From contig CACBOA010000004.1 of the NCBI GenBank assembly GCA_902540785.1, forward strand, positions 3,082 through 67,081: a DNA stretch of 64,000 nucleotides. The letters run 5' to 3'. Within the stretch, counting starts at the first letter, position 1; each line of letters starts with the position of its first letter. The translations under genes and the position numbers were made by a program. Positions 23,339 to 33,652 of this stretch are shown here, piece after piece. The notes beneath the pieces were generated by a model that worked only from the letters and a program-made list of their open reading frames with translations, did not search any database and was not told where the DNA came from. The DNA is from an uncultured Pelagibacteraceae bacterium. GTDB taxonomy: Bacteria; Pseudomonadota; Alphaproteobacteria; Pelagibacterales; Pelagibacteraceae.

Positions 23339-24075
23339 GTATTTTAGAAGTAAACAATGTTAGTAAATCTTTTGGTGGAGTAAAAGCTAATGTAGATATT
23401 TCAATGTCAGTAGAAAAAGGCAAGATATTTGGACTGATCGGTCCAAATGGATCTGGTAAAACAACACTGTTCAACTCTATTGTTGGAACATATCCAATAG
23501 ATAATGGTTCAATAAAATTTAATGATAAAGAAGTCTCAGACTTACCCGTGCCTGTTATTGCAAAACTGGGTTTACTTAGAACTTTTCAGCAAACTAGAAT
23601 TTATGGAAAACTAAATTGCGTAGATAATATGTTAATTAGTCATAAAGGTAGTGATGAAAGTATATTAAAGATATTCTCAAAAATTCCACAAGATTTAACA
23701 GAAAAGGCAGAAAATCTTCTGAACTTCGTTGGACTTTATCAAAAAAGAAAATTAAGAGCTGGAGATTTATCTTTTGGTCAACAAAAACTTCTAGAGTTAG
23801 CAATGGCTCTGATGAATGAACCTGAAATGTTATTATTAGATGAACCTACTGCAGGGATCAATCCTACTCTTATAAATGGTATCATCGATAGATTAATTAA
23901 AGTAAATCAAGATTTTGGTATTACACTTTTGGTAATTGAACATAACATGAGAGTTATCATGCAACTAGCAGAAAGTATTTATTGTTTAGCACATGGTAAG
24001 ATGCTTGCTAATGGGACGCCTGACGAAATTAAAAATGACAAACGTGTAATAGATGCGTACTTAGGAGCACAATAA
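23335..24075 (+). CDS. livG: HAAT ABC ATP-binding LivG-type, system 1
   Basis: GPNGSGKTT, RTFQ, LSFGQQ, LLDEPTAG, VIDAYLG. Confidence 0.92.
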   Translation: MSILEVNNVSKSFGGVKANVDISMSVEKGKIFGLIGPNGSGKTTLFNSIVGTYPIDNGSIKFNDKEVSDLPVPVIAKLGLLRTFQQTRIYGKLNCVDNMLISHKGSDESILKIFSKIPQDLTEKAENLLNFVGLYQKRKLRAGDLSFGQQKLLELAMALMNEPEMLLLDEPTAGINPTLINGIIDRLIKVNQDFGITLLVIEHNMRVIMQLAESIYCLAHGKMLANGTPDEIKNDKRVIDAYLGAQ

Positions 24076-24860
24076 TGTCAAATCAATATGAAGTTTTAGG
24101 AAAAGCTCCAGTAGCAGAAGACTTAAAAAAACTATCTCCAAATAATATTCATCTTACTATTAAAAATATGAATGCTGGTTATGGTAAAATGGAAATTCTT
24201 CATAATTTCGATTTATTTGTCAGTAAGGCTCAATCTTTATGCCTGATTGGACCAAACGGAGCTGGTAAATCTACTATTCTTCACTCTATTTATGGGTTTA
24301 CAAATATTTTTTCAGGGCAAATAGAAATAGATGGAAAAGAAATCACAAATTTAACACCAGCTGAAAAATTGAAAACTGTTGGAATAGCATACATACTTCA
24401 GGATAATTCTGTCTTCCCAGATATGACTGTGGAGGAAAATTTATTAATGGGTGGATTTATTAAAGAAAAAACAGAAGAGTCATACGCGGAAGCTGAGCGA
24501 ATTTTTGAGAAATACGAAAGATTAAGAAACAGAAGAAACCAACCTGCAAAAGTATTATCAGGTGGGGAAAGAAGATTGTTAGAAATTTCAAGAGCATTGG
24601 TAATGAAGCCATCAGTTTTATTAGTTGATGAACCATCAATAGGTTTAGAACCAAGGTATATCGATATGGTATTTGAAATTTTAAGAGATCTCCAAGAGAA
24701 TGAAAAAAAGACAATTATTTTAGTTGAACAAAATGCTAAAAAGGGACTCGAGTTCGCAGATATTGGTTACGTGCTAGTATCTGGTCAGACTGCAATTGCA
24801 GGTAAAGGGGATGATCTTTTAAATAATCCAGATGTTGGTCGCCTATTTTTGGGTGGTTAA
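24075..24860 (+). CDS. livF: HAAT ABC ATP-binding LivF-type, system 1
   Basis: GPNGAGKST, LSGGE, VDEPSIGL, LVEQN, FLGG end. Confidence 0.92.
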   Translation: MSNQYEVLGKAPVAEDLKKLSPNNIHLTIKNMNAGYGKMEILHNFDLFVSKAQSLCLIGPNGAGKSTILHSIYGFTNIFSGQIEIDGKEITNLTPAEKLKTVGIAYILQDNSVFPDMTVEENLLMGGFIKEKTEESYAEAERIFEKYERLRNRRNQPAKVLSGGERRLLEISRALVMKPSVLLVDEPSIGLEPRYIDMVFEILRDLQENEKKTIILVEQNAKKGLEFADIGYVLVSGQTAIAGKGDDLLNNPDVGRLFLGG

Positions 24861-25564
24861 TGATTAGTACAAAATATTTTTTAAAAGGCTTCAGTGCTAT
24901 AAAGGGTGTTGGTAGTCCTGCCATAGCTTTAGGTGCAAGTTTTATAGCTATAGGCGCACTATTAAAAAATTTAGGTTTCACAATCCAACAAAGTATTTTT
25001 TCAACTTTTCTCACATACGCTTTACCTGGCTCACTAGTGATGGCTGAGTCAATGTTAATCGGAGCATCTTTGATAAATATTTTTTTAGCCGTTTGGTTGG
25101 TTAATGCGAGATTATATCCAATGACTATCGCGCTAATGCCGTTGTTGATGCACCAAGACCAGCCAAGATGGAAATATTATTTATCCTGTCATTTTATAGC
25201 AGTTTCTTCGTGGCTGATAATGAAGGATAATTATGAAAATATAGAAAAAGAAAATAGAATTGATTTTTGGATTGGAATTGGAGTAGCAACCTGGTCAGTT
25301 GCGATATTTTCAACAATTATTGGCTATGTAGCTTCTGATTTTTTTAATAAAGACATACTTATTGGTCTAGCAATTATAAATCCAATATATTTTATATGTA
25401 TGATGGTTGGAGCTATGAAAACTTTTCAAATAAGTTTATCGGTTATTTTAGGTGCAACCCTTGGTCCTATTTTTTATTTTTTATCAGCTGAGTGGTGTAT
25501 CTTGTTTGGTGGCTTCACGGCTGGAACTATAGCGTTTTTAATTGGAGAAAAAAATGGCAAGTAA
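24860..25564 (+). CDS. azlC: AzlC family permease
   Basis: Polytopic membrane protein with LVNARLY motif, followed by AzlD partner. Confidence 0.8.
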   Translation: MISTKYFLKGFSAIKGVGSPAIALGASFIAIGALLKNLGFTIQQSIFSTFLTYALPGSLVMAESMLIGASLINIFLAVWLVNARLYPMTIALMPLLMHQDQPRWKYYLSCHFIAVSSWLIMKDNYENIEKENRIDFWIGIGVATWSVAIFSTIIGYVASDFFNKDILIGLAIINPIYFICMMVGAMKTFQISLSVILGATLGPIFYFLSAEWCILFGGFTAGTIAFLIGEKNGK

Positions 25565-25877
25565 TATTTTAATTGTTATATTTGTCACATCTCTAGCTAC
25601 ATACTTATCAAGATTTTTAGGAGTTGTTAGTTCAGAAAAAATTAAAGAAACCTCAAAAATGTTCAGATGGTTTAATTGTCTTGCTTATTCAACTCTTGCT
25701 GCATTAATTGCTCGAATAGTTATTTTTCCATTAGGATCTTTAGCAGAAGTAGATTTATCAGTCAGAATTTTTGTGGTTTCTTTATGTATAATTATTTTCT
25801 TTTTAACTAAAAAAAATTTAGTTTACCCTACAATTTTCTCTGCTATCATACTATCTCTTATTACAAGTTTTGTATGA
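25554..25877 (+). CDS. azlD: AzlD domain membrane protein
   Basis: TYLSRFLG motif, 4 TM; GGAG SD before ATG 25554. Confidence 0.78.
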   Translation: MASNILIVIFVTSLATYLSRFLGVVSSEKIKETSKMFRWFNCLAYSTLAALIARIVIFPLGSLAEVDLSVRIFVVSLCIIIFFLTKKNLVYPTIFSAIILSLITSFV

Positions 25878-26788
25878 GCGAAAAGATTGATGGATTTCAA
25901 ATAGAAAAACACGAACTGTCATCTAGAATTGTCAATATTGACATCAGCGATGAAGTTTTGAGTAAACTCATTTTTCCATTTAATAAGTTCGATATTACTG
26001 CTCTAGAATACAAACCTTTTACAAGATTCACTATTGCAAAAAGTTTAGACGACTTGAGTAATAACAAATTATCAAAATTTTTAAATGAAATTTTAAAAGA
26101 TCGAAATACAGGATGTTTTATTATTAAACCTCAAAATTTAAATTCAAAAATTGATGATAATTTTTTAGTTAAACTATCAACTGCCATCTCTCATTTAGTA
26201 GGTATACCTAATTACGATGCTATGGCTGGTAAATATTATGCAAGATTTCATGTAAAGCACGTCGATAAAAGCGACTCTTATTTAAGGAAAGCGTATACAA
26301 ACATGGATCTTCATACAGATGGCACTTACGTAAAAGAGAAAACTGATTGGTTATTAATGTCAAAATTAGAGGAAAGAAATGCAGAAGGTGGTGAAACTGC
26401 CATGTTGCATCTCGATGATTGGGAACATTGTGATGAATTGTTTAATGATCCAACAGGACAGGAAAACTTTCTTTGGGGATCACCAAAAAGTAAAAATATA
26501 GACTATAAAGTTGAACATCCTATATTTTCAACAGATCAAAACGGTAGAGCTCAAATTTCTTATATAGATCAGTTTCCAGAACCAAAAAATATGAAACAAG
26601 GTATTTTTTTACAAAAGTTATCTGACAACTTAGAAGAGAGTAAAAATAAGATAATCACAAAACTTCCAGTGGGATCTTCAATTGTAGCAAACAACTATTT
26701 TTGGCTTCATGGACGAAAACCTTTTAAAGAAAATAAAGATTTAAGTAGAGAATTATTAAGAATAAGGGGTTCTTTTTTTATTAATTAA
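25874..26788 (+). CDS. csiD: Glutarate 2-hydroxylase (carbon starvation protein CsiD/GlaH), Fe(II)/2OG dioxygenase
   Basis: GKYYARF.VK..D.SDSYLR, LHTDGTYV (HxD), LHLDDWEH, NN.FWLHGR..F, RELLR.RG. Confidence 0.9.
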   Translation: MSEKIDGFQIEKHELSSRIVNIDISDEVLSKLIFPFNKFDITALEYKPFTRFTIAKSLDDLSNNKLSKFLNEILKDRNTGCFIIKPQNLNSKIDDNFLVKLSTAISHLVGIPNYDAMAGKYYARFHVKHVDKSDSYLRKAYTNMDLHTDGTYVKEKTDWLLMSKLEERNAEGGETAMLHLDDWEHCDELFNDPTGQENFLWGSPKSKNIDYKVEHPIFSTDQNGRAQISYIDQFPEPKNMKQGIFLQKLSDNLEESKNKIITKLPVGSSIVANNYFWLHGRKPFKENKDLSRELLRIRGSFFIN

Positions 26789-26818
26789 TATAAACAATTC
26801 TTTATAAGTATTTAAATT

Positions 26819-27586
26819 ATGAAATTAGGTTTTATTGGAACGGGTAAAATTACATCATCAGTTATAACTGGTATTTGTAATTCATCTATAAAATATAACA
26901 GGATATTTGTTTCTTCACGGAATAATAAAATCTCCAAAAATCTCAAAAAAAGATTTAAAAAAATTTCTATCGAAAAAAATAATCAAAAAATAATTGATAG
27001 TTGCAGTTGGATATTTCTAGCTGTCACGCCAACTGTAGGTAAAAAAATATTAAAGAATCTTAAATTTAGATCAAATCAAACTGTAATAAGTTTTATTTCA
27101 ACAATCACGATACCCCAATTGAAAAAAATAATAAAAGTTAAATCAGACATAGTAAGAGCGATACCGTTACCTCCGATTTCTTTAAAAAAAGGACCAGTTC
27201 CAATTTGTCCTCCAAATAAAAAAGTAAAAAGTTTTTTTGATAAACTTGGCTCAACTGTAGAGATTAAAAATGAAAAGTTATCAATTAATTTCTGGTCAAC
27301 ATCGGGGATGATGGCTGCTTATTATGAAATTTTAAAGATCATGAGTGATTGGTTGGTAAAAAAAGGAGTAAAGAGACAAGATGCACAGAAATATATTACT
27401 TCTCTATTTGTAGCTTTGTCTGAAGATGCAGTCGTAAACTCGAAGAAGGAACTCAAATATTTAGTAAAAGAGTCTCAAACCCCTAAAGGATTAAATGAGC
27501 AAGGTCTTAAACTTATGAGAAGTAAAGGTGTTTATAATTCAGTTGTAAAAACTTTGAATGATATACACAAAAGACTAAGCAAATAA
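26819..27586 (+). CDS. proC: Pyrroline-5-carboxylate reductase family protein
   Basis: LGFIGTGKI Rossmann motif, RAIPLP, SQTPKGLNEQG; substrate uncertain. Confidence 0.8.
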   Translation: MKLGFIGTGKITSSVITGICNSSIKYNRIFVSSRNNKISKNLKKRFKKISIEKNNQKIIDSCSWIFLAVTPTVGKKILKNLKFRSNQTVISFISTITIPQLKKIIKVKSDIVRAIPLPPISLKKGPVPICPPNKKVKSFFDKLGSTVEIKNEKLSINFWSTSGMMAAYYEILKIMSDWLVKKGVKRQDAQKYITSLFVALSEDAVVNSKKELKYLVKESQTPKGLNEQGLKLMRSKGVYNSVVKTLNDIHKRLSK

Positions 27587-27589
27587 TTA

Positions 27590-28375
27590 ATGTCACAAAA
27601 TATTTTAGAAATTAATAATTTGTCAAAATATTTTGGAGGACTAGCAGCAGTATCGGAGTGTTCTCTTAAAGTTAAAAAGGGAACTATTACAGGTATTATT
27701 GGACCGAATGGTTCTGGCAAAACCACTTTATTTAACCTTATTGCTGGAAATTTAAAATCCTCTGCTGGCAGTGTGATTTTTAATAATGAGAACATTACTG
27801 ATGTTCCTTCCTATGAATTATTTTCAAAAGGATTGCTAAGAACTTTTCAAATAGCTCATGAATTTACAAATTTATCTGTTTTAGAAAACTTAATGATGGT
27901 TCCAGGAAATCAATCTGGAGAAAAATTGGTTAATGCTTTGTTAAAACCCTCATTAGTTGCAAAAGAAGAAAGTCAAATTAAAGAAAAGGCTATGGAGGTC
28001 ATTAATTTTCTTAATCTTGGTCATTTGAAAAATGAATTAGCAGGAAATTTATCCGGAGGACAAAAAAAATTATTAGAACTAGGTCGAACAATGATGGTTG
28101 ATGCAAAATTAGTATTATTAGATGAGGTTGGCGCTGGTGTTAATAGAACTTTACTAAAGGATCTTGGAACAGCTATCGAAAAACTTAATAAAGAAAAAGG
28201 TTACACTTTTTGTATGATCGAACATGACATGGATTTTATAGGAAGATTATGTGATCCAGTGATCGTAATGGCAGAAGGTTCAGTCCTTTTCGAAGGTTCA
28301 GTTGAGGATGCAAAAAAAGATGAAAAAGTTATTGAAAGTTATTTAGGTAGAGGCTCAAAATTAAAGGATAATTAA
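27590..28375 (+). CDS. livG: HAAT ABC ATP-binding LivG-type, system 2
   Basis: FGGL.AV, GPNGSGKTT, LSGGQKK, IEHDM. Confidence 0.92.
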   Translation: MSQNILEINNLSKYFGGLAAVSECSLKVKKGTITGIIGPNGSGKTTLFNLIAGNLKSSAGSVIFNNENITDVPSYELFSKGLLRTFQIAHEFTNLSVLENLMMVPGNQSGEKLVNALLKPSLVAKEESQIKEKAMEVINFLNLGHLKNELAGNLSGGQKKLLELGRTMMVDAKLVLLDEVGAGVNRTLLKDLGTAIEKLNKEKGYTFCMIEHDMDFIGRLCDPVIVMAEGSVLFEGSVEDAKKDEKVIESYLGRGSKLKDN

Positions 28376-29083
28376 ATGGCATTTTTTGAAGGGAATAACA
28401 TGACCGGTGGATATGGAAATGGCCCTGACATAATTAATTCATGTTCAGTAAATGTTGAAAGAGGAGAAATAGTATCGATCCTTGGACCTAATGGAGCTGG
28501 AAAATCTACCGCGATGAAAGCAATGTTAGGCTTATTAAATTTAAAATCTGGTTCAGTAATTATCAATGGTAAAGATATTTCAAAACTTTCTCCACAAGAC
28601 AGAGTAAAAGAAGGCATCTCATTCGTTCCTCAAACAAAAAATGTTTTTGCAGGTATGACGGTGGAGGAAAATTTAGAGATGGGTGCTTTCTTAATAAACA
28701 CCGAATTTAAAGAGACTATTAATGAAATCTTCGAATTATTTCCAATTCTAAAAGAAAAAAAAAATCAATTAGTTGGTGAGTTATCTGGAGGACAAAGACA
28801 ACAAGTTGCATTAGGTAGAGCACTTATGATCAAGCCCTCTGTATTAATGTTGGATGAACCAACTGCTGGCGTATCACCTATTGTGATGGATGAATTATTT
28901 GATCATATCGTAAAAGTAAAAAGAACGAACGTAGCAATTTTAATGGTTGAACAAAATGCAAAACAAGCATTGAATATTTCTGATAGGGGTTATGTTCTGG
29001 TGACTGGGGAGAACCGGCACTCTGGCACTGGAAAAGAACTACTAGAAGACCCAAGAGTAAGAAGCTCTTTTCTAGGTGGTTAA
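28376..29083 (+). CDS. livF: HAAT ABC ATP-binding LivF-type, system 2
   Basis: GPNGAGKST, LSGGQRQ, LDEPTAG, VEQNA. Confidence 0.92.
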   Translation: MAFFEGNNMTGGYGNGPDIINSCSVNVERGEIVSILGPNGAGKSTAMKAMLGLLNLKSGSVIINGKDISKLSPQDRVKEGISFVPQTKNVFAGMTVEENLEMGAFLINTEFKETINEIFELFPILKEKKNQLVGELSGGQRQQVALGRALMIKPSVLMLDEPTAGVSPIVMDELFDHIVKVKRTNVAILMVEQNAKQALNISDRGYVLVTGENRHSGTGKELLEDPRVRSSFLGG

Positions 29084-29084
29084 T

Positions 29085-30095
29085 ATGGACTTTGTAAATG
29101 CAATTATACTTTTATTAAATTATATTTTTGTTCCAGCTTTAGCGTACGGATCTCAACTAGCACTTGGTGCAATTTTTGTAACATTGATTTACGGAATTTT
29201 ACGGTTTGCAAACTTTGCTACAGGGGACATGATGTCTTTTGGGACAATGTTTGTGATTTTATTCACTTTCTATTTTCAGTCTGTTGGAATTAGTTTTGGG
29301 GTTTTACCTACAGCCCTTCTCGCAATTCCTTTTGGTATTATTTTTATGGTTGGCTACATGCTGATAGTAGATAAATTAGTATTTAAATATTACCGAATAA
29401 ACAAAAGTCCCCCTGTGCAATTAGCGATGGTAAGTATTGGCGTGATGTTTGTTACTCAGGCAGTGGTTCGTATAATTATTGGCCCTTCAGATAGAAGATT
29501 TTTTGATGGAGAAAAATTTTTAATTAAAGCTGGTGAATTTAAAGAAATGACAGGATTAAACGAGGGTCTTGCAATAAAATCTACTCAAGTTATTACGATT
29601 ATTGTTACGTTGATTTTAGTTTCAACTTTGTTTTGGTTTTTAAATAAAACTAAGACTGGAAAAAGTATGAGAGCATACTCTGATAACGAGGATTTAGCAT
29701 TATTATCAGGTATCGATCCCAAAAAAATTGTCATGATAACTTGGGTCATAGCAGGCATTCTTGCAACAATTGGTGGTGCTTTATATGGTTTAGATAAAAG
29801 CTTTAAACCATTCACCTACTTTAATAATATGCTACCAATATTTGCAGCAGCTATAGTGGGCGGCATTGGTAATCCATTTGGAGCCTTTCTCGGTGGATAT
29901 GTAATTGCCTTCTCTGAAATATTGTTAACTTACGCTTATAGAAAATTTTTCATGTATGTTTTACCTGAAAGTATGGAGCCAGATGGTCTAATTCAATTAC
30001 TCTCTACAGATTATAAATTTGCAGTATCTTTTTCAATCTTAGTCATCGTCTTACTTTATCGTCCATCAGGTATATTTAAAGGGAAGGTGTTGTGA
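29085..30095 (+). CDS. livH: HAAT ABC permease LivH-type, system 2
   Basis: GILRFANFATGD, GKSMRAYSDN..LA.LSGI, GGIGNPFGA. Confidence 0.9.
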   Translation: MDFVNAIILLLNYIFVPALAYGSQLALGAIFVTLIYGILRFANFATGDMMSFGTMFVILFTFYFQSVGISFGVLPTALLAIPFGIIFMVGYMLIVDKLVFKYYRINKSPPVQLAMVSIGVMFVTQAVVRIIIGPSDRRFFDGEKFLIKAGEFKEMTGLNEGLAIKSTQVITIIVTLILVSTLFWFLNKTKTGKSMRAYSDNEDLALLSGIDPKKIVMITWVIAGILATIGGALYGLDKSFKPFTYFNNMLPIFAAAIVGGIGNPFGAFLGGYVIAFSEILLTYAYRKFFMYVLPESMEPDGLIQLLSTDYKFAVSFSILVIVLLYRPSGIFKGKVL

Positions 30096-31462
30096 GAAAA
30101 AATTTAAATGTAATTGCTGCATACAGTATAATGATGGGGCTGATTATCCTTGTTGGTATATTCCAGTCTTGGAACATAGCTTTATCAATATTTAATCTTT
30201 GTCTAATTTCAGCAGTAATGACAATGGGTGCCAACATTCAATGGGGTTATGCTGGTCTGATTAACTTTGGCATAATGGGTTTTACGGCTTTAGGTGGTTT
30301 AGCAGCTGTTTTAATCTCAGTAGATCCTGTTCAAGAAGCATGGAGTGTAGGTGGATTTAATATTTTATTCAGTCTTTTTCTTATAATAGCAATGGTATTA
30401 GCTGTCAGGTATATTTTAAAAAATTATAAGAAATCAAAAAACAGAACTTACATAGTAGCTGCAATTATAATTTTAGGAATTATAATCATAAGATTTATTT
30501 CTGAACCAGGAATTGAAGCTATTGAGGGAGTTAATCCTGCAAAAACTGGTTTTCTTGGTGGATTAGGTCTTCCAATTATTTTTTCTTGGGTTGTTGGAGC
30601 TTTTTTTGCAGGTGGATTAGCTTTTGTTATAGGAAAAGTTGCCTTAGGTTTAAGAGCTGATTATCTTGCTATAGCAACTTTACTAATATCAGAAATTGTT
30701 ATTGCAATTATAAAACACGAAGATTGGTTAACAAGAGGTGTTAAAAATGTAATTGGATTAAAAAGACCTGCACCTTATGAGGTAAATTTGCAACAAACAG
30801 AATGGTTTATAAGTCTTGTTGAAAAATTTAACTCAAGTAAATTAAATCTAATTACTGATTTAACCGAAAGACAAGCTACACTAAATCAACTGGTAATCGA
30901 GGGATCATCAGTTTTTGTAAAACTTTGTTACTCTGGATTATTTTTAGTTGTAGTAATTATTTTATTAATCTTAACTCAAAAAGCTCTCTATTCTCCTTGG
31001 GGAAGAATGATGCGAGCAATTAGGGATAATGAGGAAGCAGCCAATGCGATGGGCAAAAATGTAGTTAAACAACACCTTTTAATTTTTGTTTTAGGTTCAG
31101 CCATTGTTGGTATTGCGGGCGCAATGTTAGTTACTCAAGATGGCTTGTTTACCCCAGGAAGTTATAGACCTTTGAGATATACTTTCTTAATTTGGGTAAT
31201 GGTTATTATCGGTGGAAGTGGAAATAACTTTGGTGCAATTCTTGGAGGTTTTGTTGTTTGGTTCTTATGGATTGAGGCCGCACCAATTGGTCTTTACTTA
31301 GTTAATTTAACTACTGCTGGATTAGACGACACACACTTTTTAAAAGTACACTTAATTGAAAGTGTTCCATATTTTAGATTTTTAATGATGGGAGTAGGTC
31401 TCTTGGTCATAATGAGATATAGACCAAAAGGTATACTTCCTGAAAAAATAGAAATAAAATAA
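30092..31462 (+). CDS. livM: HAAT ABC permease LivM-type, system 2
   Basis: WGYAGLINFG, LRADYLAIATL, WGRMMRAIRDNE, RPKGILPE. Confidence 0.9.
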   Translation: MRKNLNVIAAYSIMMGLIILVGIFQSWNIALSIFNLCLISAVMTMGANIQWGYAGLINFGIMGFTALGGLAAVLISVDPVQEAWSVGGFNILFSLFLIIAMVLAVRYILKNYKKSKNRTYIVAAIIILGIIIIRFISEPGIEAIEGVNPAKTGFLGGLGLPIIFSWVVGAFFAGGLAFVIGKVALGLRADYLAIATLLISEIVIAIIKHEDWLTRGVKNVIGLKRPAPYEVNLQQTEWFISLVEKFNSSKLNLITDLTERQATLNQLVIEGSSVFVKLCYSGLFLVVVIILLILTQKALYSPWGRMMRAIRDNEEAANAMGKNVVKQHLLIFVLGSAIVGIAGAMLVTQDGLFTPGSYRPLRYTFLIWVMVIIGGSGNNFGAILGGFVVWFLWIEAAPIGLYLVNLTTAGLDDTHFLKVHLIESVPYFRFLMMGVGLLVIMRYRPKGILPEKIEIK

Positions 31463-31466
31463 GATT

Positions 31467-31538
31467 ATGAAATATATCATTACAGGTGCTGCATTGGCTT
31501 GGGCTTTATATATGGCTGATAAATATTTATTTTTTTAA
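31467..31538 (+). CDS. Unannotated 23-aa hydrophobic microprotein MKYIITGAALAWALYMADKYLFF
   Basis: Translated by hand: ATG 4 nt after livM stop, TAA 31536-31538 just before the terminator; one hydrophobic helix. Confidence 0.55.
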   Translation: MKYIITGAALAWALYMADKYLFF

Positions 31539-31575
31539 AAAAAAACCCCCAACAATAATGTTAGGGGTTTAAATT
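31537..31575. terminator. Terminator hairpin between convergent transcripts
   Basis: AAACCCC-c-AACA ataa TGTT-a-GGGGTTT, with an A-run on the left giving a U-tract for the minus-strand SBP gene. Confidence 0.75.
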
Positions 31576-31585
31576 TTAAGATAAA

Positions 31586-32767
31586 TTATCTTTGTTTTTT
31601 AGTTTTAAATTTTCCGCCTTTAACTTCTTGTTCTAAGAAAGAACCTTCAGCTTCACCGACGCTAGTAAAAGTAACACCAGTTGCACCTTCGTAGTCAACT
31701 TTTTTACCTTTAGCTAATAAATCTAAACCTTTTTTTAGTTCACCTGGATAAATTTTTGTTCCAGGGCTGTTAGCAACATCCATCACATTTTTTGCAATTG
31801 AAGCTCTATCAGCTGAGTTTCCTGCTTGCATTGCTAAAACGATTAAAGCAGCAGCATCGTACGACTCACCAGTGTATGGACCAGAGCTATCTATGTTTGC
31901 AGCACTTGCAACTTTAGAGAATACTCCAGCACCTTTTCCTGTTGATCCTGGCATTGAACCAAAAGATTTTCTTAAGTCTTTTCCAAATGCATCAACTAAT
32001 GATTGGCCGATCATTCCATCCGATAAAATAAATTTATCAAATGCACCAGAGTCTAAAGAAGCTTGAATAATTCCTTTACCACCTTGGTCTAGATATCCAA
32101 TTACAGCTACTGCATCCCCGCCTGCTGAGGCAAGAGTTGCTACTTCAGAGGAGTAGTCTGCTTTTCCATCTTCGTGAGCAGTTACAGTAGTAACTTTAAT
32201 CCCGTGTGCTTCTACAGCTGCCTTATAAACATCTGCTAAACCTTTTCCATAATCATTATTTGTATAAGTAATTGCAACACTTTTAACTTTTCTATCTTTA
32301 GTAATATCAGCTAGGATTTGACCACCTCTTGCATCTGATGGTGCAGTTCTAAAGAAATATCCTTTATCATCAAGAGTTGTTAATCCTGGTGATGTTGCCG
32401 ATGGTGAAATCATTACAACACCATTTGGAACCGCAACGTTTGATGCTATCGCACCAGTTACTCCTGAGCAATCAGCACCCATTATTGCTGCAACTCCTTG
32501 TGAAATAACTCCTTCAGCGGCTGCAGTTGCAGCGGCAGAGTCCACACATGTTGAGTCAGCTCTAATCACTGAAATTTTTTTTCCACCTAGTAGAGATCCA
32601 GAATCTGAAGCTTCCTTGAAAGCAAGCTCGGCTGACGCAGCCATAGCGGGGGTTAAAGATTCAATAGGGCCAGTGAAACCCAAAATTACACCCATTTTAA
32701 TTTCTGCCAAAACATTTGTTGAAAAAGTTGAAACAAATATGAAAGCAGCAACAATTAGTCTTTTCAT
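31586..32767 (-). CDS. HAAT ABC substrate-binding protein, system 2 (opposite strand to its permeases)
   Basis: Signal peptide; GVILGFTGP, GADCSG, ISPSATSP, FFRTAPSD, NNDYGKG; AGAGGA SD. Confidence 0.92.
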   Translation of the reverse strand: MKRLIVAAFIFVSTFSTNVLAEIKMGVILGFTGPIESLTPAMAASAELAFKEASDSGSLLGGKKISVIRADSTCVDSAAATAAAEGVISQGVAAIMGADCSGVTGAIASNVAVPNGVVMISPSATSPGLTTLDDKGYFFRTAPSDARGGQILADITKDRKVKSVAITYTNNDYGKGLADVYKAAVEAHGIKVTTVTAHEDGKADYSSEVATLASAGGDAVAVIGYLDQGGKGIIQASLDSGAFDKFILSDGMIGQSLVDAFGKDLRKSFGSMPGSTGKGAGVFSKVASAANIDSSGPYTGESYDAAALIVLAMQAGNSADRASIAKNVMDVANSPGTKIYPGELKKGLDLLAKGKKVDYEGATGVTFTSVGEAEGSFLEQEVKGGKFKTKKQR

Positions 32768-32903
32768 TATTATCCTCTATATTTAGTTAACAATTATTTT
32801 ATATAAATTTAATTAAATCCGATTTGTAAAGATTTTCAACAAGCAAATTATCTTATTTTATAATGCGTTTAATTAATCTAGACTTACTTCATATTAATTT
32901 AGT

Positions 32904-33650
32904 ATGAAATTAACCAAAATAGAACCACGGTTTAAAAAAAACTCTAATCCTAGGATTGGATTAATTGCTTTAGCTACTGATTTTATGATTGAGAAGGATT
33001 TTATAAACGTAATTAAAGATAAAGAGATTGATTTTTTTGTTAACAGAATTGAATGTTATAATCCCTTAACAAAAGAAAATTTAATAAAAATGTCAGATAA
33101 AGTGACTGAAGTTACAAATAATATTTTACCCAATGAGGATATAGATTGTGTTGTTTATGGATGTACTTCTGGAACAATAGCAACAGGTCATAATGTGATT
33201 GAGAAAAAAGTAAAGGCAGCAAAACCTAAGGCTGAGTTAACAACTCCCAGCACAGCTGCGATAAAAGCGTTAAAAAAATTAAAGGTAAAAAAATTAGCGA
33301 TCTTTACTCCGTATAGTAAAAAACTAAATAATGAGGTTGTTGAATATTTTAAAGAGGAAAAATTTGAAGTGGTCTCCAATTCATATTTAGATATAGCTGC
33401 AGATTATGACATTGGAAAAGTTGATCAAGATTTTATCTATGACTCTCTAGTTAATATGAATATTGAAGATGCTGATGCTTTATTCATTTCTTGTACAGCC
33501 TTGCCGGTTTTAAGCATTATAGATAGATTGGAAAAAAAATTAAACAAACCTGTTTTATCTAGCAATCAAACATTGATTTGGGATACTTTAGAAAAAATTG
33601 GAAAAAATAATGATATCAAAGGTTTTGGAAGTTTGTTTACCAATTATTAA
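32904..33650 (+). CDS. Asp/Glu racemase / maleate isomerase family protein (EutA-like)
   Basis: RIGLIALATD, YGCTSG and FISCTAL two-Cys motifs, TPY, SSNQ. Confidence 0.85.
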   Translation: MKLTKIEPRFKKNSNPRIGLIALATDFMIEKDFINVIKDKEIDFFVNRIECYNPLTKENLIKMSDKVTEVTNNILPNEDIDCVVYGCTSGTIATGHNVIEKKVKAAKPKAELTTPSTAAIKALKKLKVKKLAIFTPYSKKLNNEVVEYFKEEKFEVVSNSYLDIAADYDIGKVDQDFIYDSLVNMNIEDADALFISCTALPVLSIIDRLEKKLNKPVLSSNQTLIWDTLEKIGKNNDIKGFGSLFTNY

Positions 33651-33652
33651 TT

